DNA of 64,000 nucleotides, from positions 1 to 64,000 of the forward strand of contig JBDRCC010000006.1 of the NCBI GenBank assembly GCA_043822065.1, given 5' to 3'. This DNA comes from an archaeon. Lineage in GTDB: Archaea > Undinarchaeota > CAZHTU01 > JBDRCC01. The translations under genes were made by a program, and so were the position numbers. The notes below the pieces were generated by a model. The model made no database searches. It was not told the DNA's origin and saw only the letters and a list, made by a program, of their open reading frames with translations. Shown in pieces: positions 47,487 through 56,747 of the stretch (position 1 is its first letter; each line of letters opens with the position of its first letter).

Positions 47487-47843
47487 ATGATAAGCCTAAA
47501 AAAAGCAAAACCCCAGAAAAAGAAGCCGAAAACCGCAGCAAAGCTGCCGCCAAAAAAGGCGCTAACCCTCCCGTACGAGGAGTTCAAGAACCTTATAGCC
47601 AAGCTCATTGTCCTGGACATCGCGGTGGAGAACGTCTTCAACCACGGCCCGACGCCGCGGATAGTCGCAAACCTCTCCGCAGACAAGATAAACCTCCGCC
47701 AGGCGCTCAACTCCCTGAACGGGTCTTGCCCCGACTGCAAGCGGCTCTTTATAACCGTCGTTGACGAGCACAACAAGCGCGCAGAGAACATCCAGAAGGA
47801 GAAGAAGAAAGAGGAGATGAAGTTCGACAGGCGCGTCTACTGA
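47487..47843 (+). CDS. Hypothetical protein
   Basis: 118-aa ORF with a basic N-terminus and CPDC; stop overlaps the next ATG. Confidence 0.6.
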   Translation: MISLKKAKPQKKKPKTAAKLPPKKALTLPYEEFKNLIAKLIVLDIAVENVFNHGPTPRIVANLSADKINLRQALNSLNGSCPDCKRLFITVVDEHNKRAENIQKEKKKEEMKFDRRVY

Positions 47844-48574
47844 TGGTTGAGCCGTCTGTCTTAGCGATATCTATACTTGTAATCCTGGTTGCCTACACTG
47901 TCAAAGGGTTCACAGGGTTCGGACCAGCCCTGATAAGTGTCCCCCTCCTCAGCATATTTTTGGACATCAAGTTTGTCCTTCCTGTCGTCCTCCTCCTCGA
48001 CCTTGTTTCGTCTTCAATAATCCTCTGGCAGGAGCGCGGGAAAGTCCAGCTCAGGGGAGCCCTCCCGATCCTCCTTTTCTATGTCCTGGGCACCCTTGCT
48101 GGCTATTTTATCCTTGTCTCCATTTCAGCATCTGTGCTTGAGGCAGCCCTCGGGGCATTCATTATCATTTTTGCCATCAGGATTTTCCTCCGCAAAAACA
48201 CGTCCAAGCTAAGCCGCAGGCTCGACACTTATGCGAAATCCGCAGCAGGGCTTGGAAGCGGAATTCTCGGCTCCCTGTTCGGCACGAACGGCCCGCCGCT
48301 TGTCATATACTACTCCCGCACCCTGGAGGACAAAAAGCAAATCCGCGCGGCTACAGCCCCGTTCTTTGTGATAGACTGCCTTTGGAGGGGAGGGATGTAC
48401 GCCTTTATCGGCATGTTCAGCGCGTCCACATTCGAGTTTTTTGGCTATCTCCTAATCCCGCTTCTCATTGGGGTGTTTATCGGCTCAAAACTGCACCTAA
48501 GAGTAGGCAAAGAAGCCTTCACAAAAGCGGTTGCTCTGATTTTAATAATCGCAGGGCTCAGGCTCCTGCTCTGA
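47843..48574 (+). CDS. TauE/SafE family membrane exporter
   Basis: KGFTGFG...VP and GSLFGTNGPP repeats; about 8 TM segments. Confidence 0.88.
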   Translation: MVEPSVLAISILVILVAYTVKGFTGFGPALISVPLLSIFLDIKFVLPVVLLLDLVSSSIILWQERGKVQLRGALPILLFYVLGTLAGYFILVSISASVLEAALGAFIIIFAIRIFLRKNTSKLSRRLDTYAKSAAGLGSGILGSLFGTNGPPLVIYYSRTLEDKKQIRAATAPFFVIDCLWRGGMYAFIGMFSASTFEFFGYLLIPLLIGVFIGSKLHLRVGKEAFTKAVALILIIAGLRLLL

Positions 48575-49528
48575 TCACTTCATGTAGATGTACCTGTCGA
48601 GCATCTTGTCGAAGACCCACGTCTCGCCGGTGTCCTCTATCTCAAGGAACGCCTTCACCTGGGAGTCGAAATAGTCAGCGTAATGCAGGGTGGCTGCTTC
48701 CGGAATCTTCGGCCTCCTTGGCGAGCCCCATTCCAGCTCGCCATGGTGGCTTACCAGCATGTGGTCCAGCTTCATCTTCAGGTCTTCCGGGAAATTGCCA
48801 ATTTTCTTTATCTTTTCCTGGAGCATTTCAGACCCTATTGAGATGTGCCCCCTGAGCCTTCCTTCGTCAGTGAACTCGATGCTTGTGGTAACCACATACT
48901 CCCGCATCTTCCCAATGTCGTGGAGAACCGCGCCAGCCATGAGCAGGTCCTTGTCCATCCAGGGGTAATAGCTTGAGCATGCCTCGCAAAGCTCAATGAC
49001 GCCGACCGTGTGCTCCAAAAGCCCGCCAATGTACCCGTGGTGCCTCTTTTTTGAGCCAGGGCACCTTTTGAAGTCCTCTGCAAATTTCGGGTCGCTGAAA
49101 AACGCCTCGAGGAGCCTCCTCAGGTGCTCGTTCTTTATCGCAGCCTTTACCTCAAGCAAGTACTTGTAAAGGGCGTCCAGGTCGCGGGCGGACGTCTCGA
49201 CGAAGTCCTCCGTTTCGTAATCCGTGGTCTTTTCGAGCGTGTTGTAGTTAGCATCAACAGCCAGCTGGGCTTCGCCCTGGTAGTCCTTGACGCTCCCGCT
49301 GACGTTTATGACATCGCCTACGTTCAGGCTGCTATAGAGGCTCTTTGTCTGCCCCGAGTCTTTTCCCCAGTACCGCAGGCTTACGTCGCCGGTCGCATCC
49401 CCGACGGTCAGCCCGAACCAGTACCCTTCCTTGTCCTTGTACTTGTTCAGCCCCGCCTTGTGGCGGACGGCATACTTCGAGTTGGTGTCCATCCCCACCG
49501 TAAGCTCTTTTATGAATTCGCGTTTCAT
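48575..49528 (-). CDS. YhaM-like 3'-5' exoribonuclease (OB fold plus HD domain)
   Basis: DATG OB fold, HHGYIGGLLEH, LHDIGK, GHI, SHHG, HYAD. Confidence 0.92.
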   Translation of the reverse strand: MKREFIKELTVGMDTNSKYAVRHKAGLNKYKDKEGYWFGLTVGDATGDVSLRYWGKDSGQTKSLYSSLNVGDVINVSGSVKDYQGEAQLAVDANYNTLEKTTDYETEDFVETSARDLDALYKYLLEVKAAIKNEHLRRLLEAFFSDPKFAEDFKRCPGSKKRHHGYIGGLLEHTVGVIELCEACSSYYPWMDKDLLMAGAVLHDIGKMREYVVTTSIEFTDEGRLRGHISIGSEMLQEKIKKIGNFPEDLKMKLDHMLVSHHGELEWGSPRRPKIPEAATLHYADYFDSQVKAFLEIEDTGETWVFDKMLDRYIYMK

Positions 49529-49594
49529 CCGAGGGTACTAAGCGCTTCCCCTATTTATTTATATCCCCCTTCCATCTAGTTGTGGGGGTGCATC

Positions 49595-50185
49595 ATGCCT
49601 CACAAGAAACCCATGCCGAAATCCCAGCAGAAAAGGATTCTAATGGTAATCGCCCCATCTGGCTACAGGCCTGCCGAGCTTTACGAGCCGAAGAACATAC
49701 TGGAGGGCTATGGCGCCTCAGTCGTTGTTGCTTCAAAAAATGCAGGGGTCATCCACGGGATGCCTGTCGACGAGCCGGAGTGGCAGACTGCAGTCGCGGA
49801 CGTCAGCCTTGGCGACGTCAGCGTCTCGGATTATGACGCAGTCCTCTTCATAGGCGGCGCAGGGGTGCGCGAGATATGGAACGACCGCCAGTACACCAGC
49901 CTGGCAAGGGCGGCGGCTGACGCAGGCATACTGATAGGCGCAATATGCATCGCGCCGATGATACTCGCGAACGCAAACCTCCTCTCCGGCAAGAAGTCCA
50001 CAATCCACGGAAGCGAGGCATCGACTTTCATCTCGAAGGGGCCAAATTATGTTGACTCTGACGTCGTCCGGTCAGGGAACATAATAACTGCAGCAGGGCC
50101 GCACGCCGCCTCAGATTTTGCCGAAGCCGTGGCAGAGGCTATCGGGCTTGCAAAGTCCCTAAAAACAGACAGGGATGCTAGCTGA
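49595..50185 (+). CDS. DJ-1/PfpI family protein
   Basis: YDAVLFIGGAG, GAICIAP nucleophile Cys, IITAAGP. Confidence 0.9.
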   Translation: MPHKKPMPKSQQKRILMVIAPSGYRPAELYEPKNILEGYGASVVVASKNAGVIHGMPVDEPEWQTAVADVSLGDVSVSDYDAVLFIGGAGVREIWNDRQYTSLARAAADAGILIGAICIAPMILANANLLSGKKSTIHGSEASTFISKGPNYVDSDVVRSGNIITAAGPHAASDFAEAVAEAIGLAKSLKTDRDAS

Positions 50186-50240
50186 CCGCATTTGTTAAGA
50201 ATATCACGGGCATAGTCCTGATTGAAACGGGGATGACAAG

Positions 50241-51598
50241 TTGACGTCGCTCACATTTTACGGAGGGGTCAGGGAGATAGGCGGAAACAAGATACTGCTC
50301 GAGGGCGGCGACGCCCGCGTGTTCTTTGATTTCGGCCAGTCCTTTGACTTCGGGAAAAAATGGTTTATAGACTGGCTCCAGCCAAGGCAGAATACCGGGC
50401 TAAAAGACTACTTCGAGTTCGGGCTGATGCCGAGGATACCCGGGCTTTACTCCAAGGAGAACCTTGGTCCGACAGACCTCCTCTACAAGGAGCCGGAATT
50501 CGACGGAATCTTCCTGAGCCACGCCCACATGGACCACGTCGACCACATCAAGTTTGCAGACCCAAAAATCCCAATCCACTGCGGCGAGGCGACAGAGGCG
50601 TTCATCAAGGCGCACGAGGCGACGTCTCCCTTCGCTTCCTACGGCGCCCATGAGTACAGGACATTCCGCACCGGCAAAAAAATCAAGGTCCACGGGCTTG
50701 AGGTTGTCCCGGTTCACGTCGACCACTCAATACCAGGCGCCTATGCCTACATAATCCACGCCCCGGACCTGACATTGGCATACACCGGAGACTTCCGCCT
50801 CCACGGGCCAAAAAGCGGGCTGTCCGCCGATTTCATCAAATCTGCGGCAGAAGAGAAAATAGACGTCCTTATATCTGAGGGCACCCGCATGGCGCCAGCC
50901 GAAACGAGGCAGAACTTCACCGAGCAGAAAGTTTCGGAAATCGTGGACGGGACAATCGGCGCCCAGAAGAAGCTCGTCGTCACCACCTGCTATTCCCGCG
51001 ACCTGACAGGTTCCAGACCTACTACAATGCGTCAAAAAAGCACGGAAGGACATACGTCATCCTGCCGAGGATGGCCTACCTGATAGACAACGTCAGGAAG
51101 TTCCTCCCCCACCTGCCGGACATATTCGATGACGGCAACAACGTCAAAGTCTACTTCAAGAAAAAGAAGTCCGGGAACTATGACGAAAAGGACTACTACA
51201 AATGGGAGCGCCCCTACCTCGACCAGCTCGTGGGCTCTGAGGAAATCAGCGGGAACCAGGGCAAGTACGTGCTTTACCTCACATTCTATCAGTTCGCACA
51301 GCTCATAGACATCCGCCCAGAGCCAGGCAGCGATTTCATCCGCTCGCTTAGCGAGCCGTTCAGCGAGGAGGACCTTGAGGAGCCGATTCTCCACAGGTGG
51401 ATTGAGCACTTCAAGCTGAAATTCACACAGGCGCACGCTTCAGGGCACATTGCCGCGAAGGAGCTTGAAGAGGCAATAGGCAAAATCTCGCCAAAAAAGC
51501 TGATTCCAATCCACACGGAACACCCGGAAATGTTCAATAAGTTCCATCCCGATGTCCTTTCCGTGAAATTTGGGACTAAATACGACCTAAGCCCCTAG
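50241..51598 (+). pseudogene. MBL-fold RNase J-like hydrolase split by a 1-nt frameshift at about 51005
   Basis: GGVREIGGN, SHAHMDH, VDHSIPG, YTGDFR and EGT in ORF1; HASGH and PIHTE in ORF2. Adding one base at 51005 gives a continuous YSRDLDRFQTYYNASKKHGRTYVILPRMAY. Confidence 0.8.
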
Positions 51599-52059
51599 TT
51601 GAAGTGGTACGACAGGGACTTGTTTCCCCCGTACTTCTGCTCGATTTGGCTTTTGAGCCTCTTCTGCTCGCCGCTTCCGATTATTATGCTCTTAAAATGC
51701 GGGAAATACCTCTTCCTCCAGCACCATGCATCCTTGGTGAACGGTATCCAGCTCTTTACGTAGAATGTGTACCCTTTGCCATCAGACTCACGCTCAAGAT
51801 AGCTCATCAGGGACGCTAATATGACTGAGGCTATGCCGTTGCCCCTCTCGCTGTCCTTTATCATGACCTCCTTGACAAGGGCAGACCTGTAGTTCACCAT
51901 CTTTACGTAGCTCCCAATTGCCCGCCTCTTTCCAATAAAAACTAGAAGGTACCCCACCTTGCCGCCGTCCTTGTAGCAGACAAACCGGTGCCTGTCCCAG
52001 ATTGGCCTGCTAATGGTGCTTTCCCTTGCGATTATGTACCTATCCATCCTATAATACAC
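51595..52059 (-). CDS. GNAT-like hypothetical protein
   Basis: VMIKDSERGNGIAS resembles GNAT motif A. Confidence 0.6.
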   Translation of the reverse strand: MYYRMDRYIIARESTISRPIWDRHRFVCYKDGGKVGYLLVFIGKRRAIGSYVKMVNYRSALVKEVMIKDSERGNGIASVILASLMSYLERESDGKGYTFYVKSWIPFTKDAWCWRKRYFPHFKSIIIGSGEQKRLKSQIEQKYGGNKSLSYHFN

Positions 52060-52091
52060 TACTCAGACTGGAATATAAACTTAATCCCGAA

Positions 52092-52379
52092 TCAGGCTTT
52101 CGGCGGCTCAGGCTTGCAGCGGAAGTGCACCTTCTCATCCTTGGCGCTTTCGACAATTGTCCTCGTCACTTTGCCAAGCTTGCCCTCAGACGCGTCGTTT
52201 TTTGGGTTCACGTCCAGGATAAATGCAATGCTGTGGGTTTTCTCCATCTGCATCGTCATGTTCATTACCGGGTCGTCTTCCTTTTCCGGGGTAGGCATAT
52301 TCTTGTCTATTATACCCTTCAGCTTATGCAGGCTGTTTTGGTCAAACAGGCTGACCACCAGCCGGTATGCTCCACCCAT
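52092..52379 (-). CDS. Hypothetical protein
   Basis: 95-aa ATG ORF filling the gap between neighbouring genes; no motif recognised. Confidence 0.5.
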   Translation of the reverse strand: MGGAYRLVVSLFDQNSLHKLKGIIDKNMPTPEKEDDPVMNMTMQMEKTHSIAFILDVNPKNDASEGKLGKVTRTIVESAKDEKVHFRCKPEPPKA

Positions 52380-52416
52380 AAAATAGCTAAGTCTCGCGGA
52401 AAATAAAAACCTATGC

Positions 52417-52623
52417 CTAAGGCACCTTTATGTCAAAATACTTCTCGAGGACGTCCCCGTTTGGCATCATCCCGCTGGGGATTGGATGGTTCTTTTCTAT
52501 CAGCTTCCTGCGCTCGCAGTCATAGCAGTTCCCCTCGCAGTAGTTGCATATCCACAGCCTGCCGTTTTTGGAGTCTTTCAGCTGTTTGTACAACTCGCAG
52601 GCACCGGCATAGCTGCACTTCAT
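52417..52623 (-). CDS. Small Cys-rich putative metal-binding protein
   Basis: C-x5-C...YCEGNCYDCER...P-x3-MPNG. Confidence 0.6.
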   Translation of the reverse strand: MKCSYAGACELYKQLKDSKNGRLWICNYCEGNCYDCERRKLIEKNHPIPSGMMPNGDVLEKYFDIKVP

Positions 52624-52717
52624 GCCAAGAAAATATCATAAATCCGTAAATACCTTCCGTATTAGAGGTATATACGCACTCCAAAAAATTCTTTAACAGC
52701 AAAGCCATTACTGTCTT

Positions 52718-53575
52718 GTGAAAACCTCGCACCACATCTACTTCAAAGACGCGTCCTGCATGGAGGATGTCCCTGACGAAAGCGTCAACTTGGTAATTAC
52801 CTCCCCACCTTATCCCATGATTGAGATGTGGGACGATATGTTCACCAAGGCAGACCCGGCGATAGGCTCGCTCTTCCGCTCCCTCGAGTCGAGCCAGTCT
52901 GAGGATGACGTCTCAAAAATCTACTCGCGCATGCACCTGTATCTTGGCAAGGTGTGGAGCGAGTGCTTCCGCGTCCTTGCGAACGGCGGGATTGCATGCA
53001 TCAACATCGGCGACGCCACGAGAAACATCAACGGAAACTACCGCCTTTTCCCAAACCATTCGAGAATACTTCACGCATTCGACAACCTTGGCTTCATCAC
53101 CCTGCCTTATGTCCTCTGGAGCAAGCCGACAAACAAGCCGAACGCGTTCCTTGGCTCAGGCTTCCTGCCGCCGAATGCCTATGTCACAGTTGATGCGGAG
53201 TACATCCTGATATTCCGCAAGGGCGGGCTGCGCCATTTTACGCCCCACCATAGGATACGGTATGCCAGCAAGTTCACAAAAGCAGAGCGGGACACTTGGT
53301 TCAGCCAGATATGGACGCTGAAGGGGGCAAAACAGCAGAATCCAGCCATCCTGCGCAGGACTGGCGCCTACCCCCAGGAGATATCCGACCGCCTCGTGAA
53401 GATGTTTTCAATAGCCGGCGACACCATCCTCGACCCATTTCTGGGCACAGGCACGACAATCAAAAGCGCGATAGCCCACGGCCGCAGCTCAATCGGCTAC
53501 GAAATAGACAAGTCGCTCAAGCCAGTGATAAAGCAAAAGCTCGGAATCAGCGCAGAAGTCGGCCTCTCGGATTGA
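52718..53575 (+). CDS. Beta-class amino DNA methyltransferase (probably N4-cytosine)
   Basis: ITSPPY catalytic motif near the N-terminus and LDPFLGTGTT SAM-binding motif near the C-terminus. Confidence 0.92.
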   Translation: MKTSHHIYFKDASCMEDVPDESVNLVITSPPYPMIEMWDDMFTKADPAIGSLFRSLESSQSEDDVSKIYSRMHLYLGKVWSECFRVLANGGIACINIGDATRNINGNYRLFPNHSRILHAFDNLGFITLPYVLWSKPTNKPNAFLGSGFLPPNAYVTVDAEYILIFRKGGLRHFTPHHRIRYASKFTKAERDTWFSQIWTLKGAKQQNPAILRRTGAYPQEISDRLVKMFSIAGDTILDPFLGTGTTIKSAIAHGRSSIGYEIDKSLKPVIKQKLGISAEVGLSD

Positions 53576-53605
53576 TTTTTATATCCTGCCTGCCATAGAT
53601 AGGAT

Positions 53606-54241
53606 ATGACGCGGATAAAGCACGGCGGAGTCATCGTCGAGCACTATGCCTTTGACTACAACGAGCCGAACGGCGACGAGAAAAAGTTTCTGCTGCGCAA
53701 GGCTGCGCTCCTAGAACTGCTCCTCCAGAACTTCTATTCGACAAAGGGCATCTTTCCACACATTCCAGTCCAGGGCCCGATAAGCTTCGAGACAATGCTG
53801 CAAACCAACGACGACGAATTCATCAAGCGCCTTATATTCGACCACACCCTTCGCGGCGGGAGCATGGGGAAGTACTGCGACGAGGCATGGCTCCTCTACT
53901 ACAAGGGAAAAGTCGCCGGCTTCTCTTCGATAATAACTAACTGGTACAACTATCCAGACACCTGCGAGCGTGCCAGCCACGACTTTCCAAAAGCTACGAA
54001 GGGCTTCAGGCTCGCAGACCACGCAATGGTCCTCGACATCTGCGTGCACCCGGATTATGCGGGTATCGGGCTCGGCACTGCCCTGCTTGATGCAGTATTC
54101 CACAGGATAAAGCTCCTTAAAAGAAAGCCCGTCGCATATATCCGCGAAGGCCTGAAGTCCAAAGGGCTGTTCGAGAAGGCAGGCGGGAAAATAAAGGAAA
54201 GCGACTCTGAAAACGGCTTGTTCACAGTCTGCTTCCAGTAG
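53606..54241 (+). CDS. GNAT family acetyltransferase
   Basis: ICVHPDYAGIGLGTALL and LFEKAG. Confidence 0.8.
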   Translation: MTRIKHGGVIVEHYAFDYNEPNGDEKKFLLRKAALLELLLQNFYSTKGIFPHIPVQGPISFETMLQTNDDEFIKRLIFDHTLRGGSMGKYCDEAWLLYYKGKVAGFSSIITNWYNYPDTCERASHDFPKATKGFRLADHAMVLDICVHPDYAGIGLGTALLDAVFHRIKLLKRKPVAYIREGLKSKGLFEKAGGKIKESDSENGLFTVCFQ

Positions 54242-54242
54242 C

Positions 54243-55907
54243 CTATTTTACCTGGTCAATAAAGCCGAGGCTCTCAGGAAGCGCCTTGCTGAGTATCCTT
54301 ACTCCTTCCGCGATATTCTCAATCGTCGGCTTGCTGAAGTTTACCCTTGCCGTGTTCTTGTGCGTTTCAGGGTTTAGCGCGTAAAAGTCCTCACCTGGGA
54401 CGATTGCCACACGGTTAAGGAACTCTTTGAAATCAGGATTGTCACTCTTCAGGGCGTCGTTCAAGTTCGTCATGTATTCCTTGTCCAAAAGCCTCTTGTT
54501 GACGACCTCATTGGCGTCAAAGTTGTCCGGTCCCGTAAGCCAGAGGAACATGCCGCCTTCCGGCTTCGTCCACCTGAAGCCAAACCTCTGGAGCCCGCTC
54601 TCCTCCAGCGCGTCAAGCATGGCGTCCCGCTTCCCTTTGTACATCTTTTTTATGTTTTTGATATGCCCGCTGACAATGTCTCCTTCCATCAGGAACTCAT
54701 ATGCGAGCCACTGGCTTAGGCTTGAGGAGTGCAGGTCGTAGGACTGCTTAGCCTGGACAAGCTTGTCGACGATGTCTTTTCTGGCAATCATGCAGCCAAG
54801 CCTAATCCCCGGTGCAAAAATCTTAGAGAATGAGCCTAGGTAGACGACAATATCCTCAGTGTCAAACGACTTTATTGGCGGCAGATATTTGCCTTCATAC
54901 CGCAGTGAGCCGTACGGGTCGTCCTCGATTATCAACGTCTTATACTTCGACTCAAGCCCCTTGAACTGTGAATTGTGCTCGCAAACGACTGCATATATCT
55001 CCTTTCGGGCGTCGAGGGAAGTTGTAACTCCCGCTGGGTTCTGGAAATTTGGGATAAGGTAAACGAACTTCGGGTGATGCTTTTCAAGGACTTTCTTAAG
55101 GTCAGACGGCTTAGGGCCATCCATCCCAAGCTCAAGCTCGTGGAACTTTGAAGTATGCATCCTGAACGGCCCAAGGGCGCCAGTGTATGTCGGCGCCTCG
55201 ACCACAATCGAGTCCCATTTGTTGACAAGTATGTGCGCAAGCCCGAAAAGCGCCTGCTGGGAGCCTGCAGTAATCATGATGTTGTGCGGCGTCTGGTCCT
55301 TTATCTTAAGCGTCTTTTCCGCAACTTCCAGCGTCTTCAGCCTGAGCTCCTCAAGCCCTGATGTCTCGTCGTACTGGAGCGCCCGCCTCGCCTTTGCAAA
55401 GTCGTTCTGCTTCAGTAGTATCTTATCGTTTAGGAGAGAGCCTATGACCTCAATCGGGAAGGACTTCGGGTCGGGGATGCCGCCTGCGAAGGAGATTATG
55501 TCCTTTTCCTTCAGGACTGCCAAAAGCTGCCTTATCACGCTTGACCTCATGTTCTGGGCGGTCACGGAAAACAGCGAGTTGAAGTTTATGCTCTCTATGT
55601 TCGGGACGAACATGTCGACAATGCTCCTGTCGAATGGCCTCCAGCCATCTATCTCCTTCTTCTGCTCTAGTTTGTTGAAATGGCCCCTAATGAACTGCTT
55701 TATCTCCTCCTCGGTCATTGGATTGGTCAGGTCCAGGAAAAACCTGTCGCCCGCGCCAAAATCCTGCACCCAGTACTTCTCAAAGATTTCCCAGCTTTTC
55801 GTCAGCTCTAGTATGCGCTCTAGGACATGGTACGGGTGCCTGTCGTCTGCACGGTCAACATGGAAATAAACCTCAATCGTCTTGAATTTCGGTGCGTCTC
55901 TCGCCAT
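54243..55907 (-). CDS. PLP-dependent class I aminotransferase (LysN/ARO8-like) with an N-terminal extension of about 105 aa
   Basis: ISFAGGIPDP, GSQQAL, IPNFQNPAG, EDDPY, GSFSKIFAPGIRLG, PEGGMFLW. Confidence 0.9.
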   Translation of the reverse strand: MARDAPKFKTIEVYFHVDRADDRHPYHVLERILELTKSWEIFEKYWVQDFGAGDRFFLDLTNPMTEEEIKQFIRGHFNKLEQKKEIDGWRPFDRSIVDMFVPNIESINFNSLFSVTAQNMRSSVIRQLLAVLKEKDIISFAGGIPDPKSFPIEVIGSLLNDKILLKQNDFAKARRALQYDETSGLEELRLKTLEVAEKTLKIKDQTPHNIMITAGSQQALFGLAHILVNKWDSIVVEAPTYTGALGPFRMHTSKFHELELGMDGPKPSDLKKVLEKHHPKFVYLIPNFQNPAGVTTSLDARKEIYAVVCEHNSQFKGLESKYKTLIIEDDPYGSLRYEGKYLPPIKSFDTEDIVVYLGSFSKIFAPGIRLGCMIARKDIVDKLVQAKQSYDLHSSSLSQWLAYEFLMEGDIVSGHIKNIKKMYKGKRDAMLDALEESGLQRFGFRWTKPEGGMFLWLTGPDNFDANEVVNKRLLDKEYMTNLNDALKSDNPDFKEFLNRVAIVPGEDFYALNPETHKNTARVNFSKPTIENIAEGVRILSKALPESLGFIDQVK

Positions 55908-55986
55908 CGCTCTAATATTTGCACTCCTCTTATTTAAATCCTTCTACCAGGATATGTTTTTATAATTCTGCCGCCTTAGTACTACC

Positions 55987-56733
55987 ATGGAAATCAAAAA
56001 GCAGTTCGAGCCGGCATACACCTCCGTTACAGTATCACTCGCCGAAGGCGAGTCAATACGCGCCGAAGGCGGCGCCATGATGTCCCATTCGCCCCACGTA
56101 AAGATGGAGACCCAGATGCGGGACAAGTCCGTGCTGAAGTCCCTCAAGGTAATGGTCCTCGGGGCGGAGACCTTTTTCCTAAACAAGTTTACCGCCACAA
56201 ATGGCCCTGGCGACGTCACCCTTGCGCCTGCCTTCCCTGGCGATATCACTACAATCGACCTCAATGGGAACGGCTATATCATCCAGTCCGGCTCCTACAT
56301 GGCAAGCGAAAATGGCGTCGACATCGACACCAAATGGCAGGGGCTGAAGGGAATCCTTGCCGAAGGCGACCTTTTCTTCCTGCACGCTACCGGAAACGGA
56401 AATGTTCTCATCGCTTCCTTTGGCGGCATGGAGGCTTTCCAGCTAAACAAAGGCGAGGAGTACATCGTCGACAGCGGGCACCTCGTCGCTTTTGAGGACT
56501 CGATACAGTACGACGTCGAACTCGTCAAAGGGTTAAAATCAATAGCATTCTCCGGCGAGGGGCTAATCTGCAGGATGCGGGGGCCCGGCTGGGTAATTAC
56601 CCAGTCCAGGTCTGTCGGCTCGTTCATCTCCTGGCTGATGCCATACCTGCCAAAGCAGTCCACAAAAATGAACGAGCGGGGCGATGCGGCCGCGCTTGCC
56701 GGAAGCATGATCGGCAGGCGGATGGGGATATAG
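55987..56733 (+). CDS. AIM24/TIGR00266 family protein
   Basis: AEGGAM, ETFFLN, EGDLF, VDSGHLVAF, SGEGL...GPG..ITQSR. Confidence 0.9.
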   Translation: MEIKKQFEPAYTSVTVSLAEGESIRAEGGAMMSHSPHVKMETQMRDKSVLKSLKVMVLGAETFFLNKFTATNGPGDVTLAPAFPGDITTIDLNGNGYIIQSGSYMASENGVDIDTKWQGLKGILAEGDLFFLHATGNGNVLIASFGGMEAFQLNKGEEYIVDSGHLVAFEDSIQYDVELVKGLKSIAFSGEGLICRMRGPGWVITQSRSVGSFISWLMPYLPKQSTKMNERGDAAALAGSMIGRRMGI

Positions 56734-56747
56734 CACGGATAGTTGCA

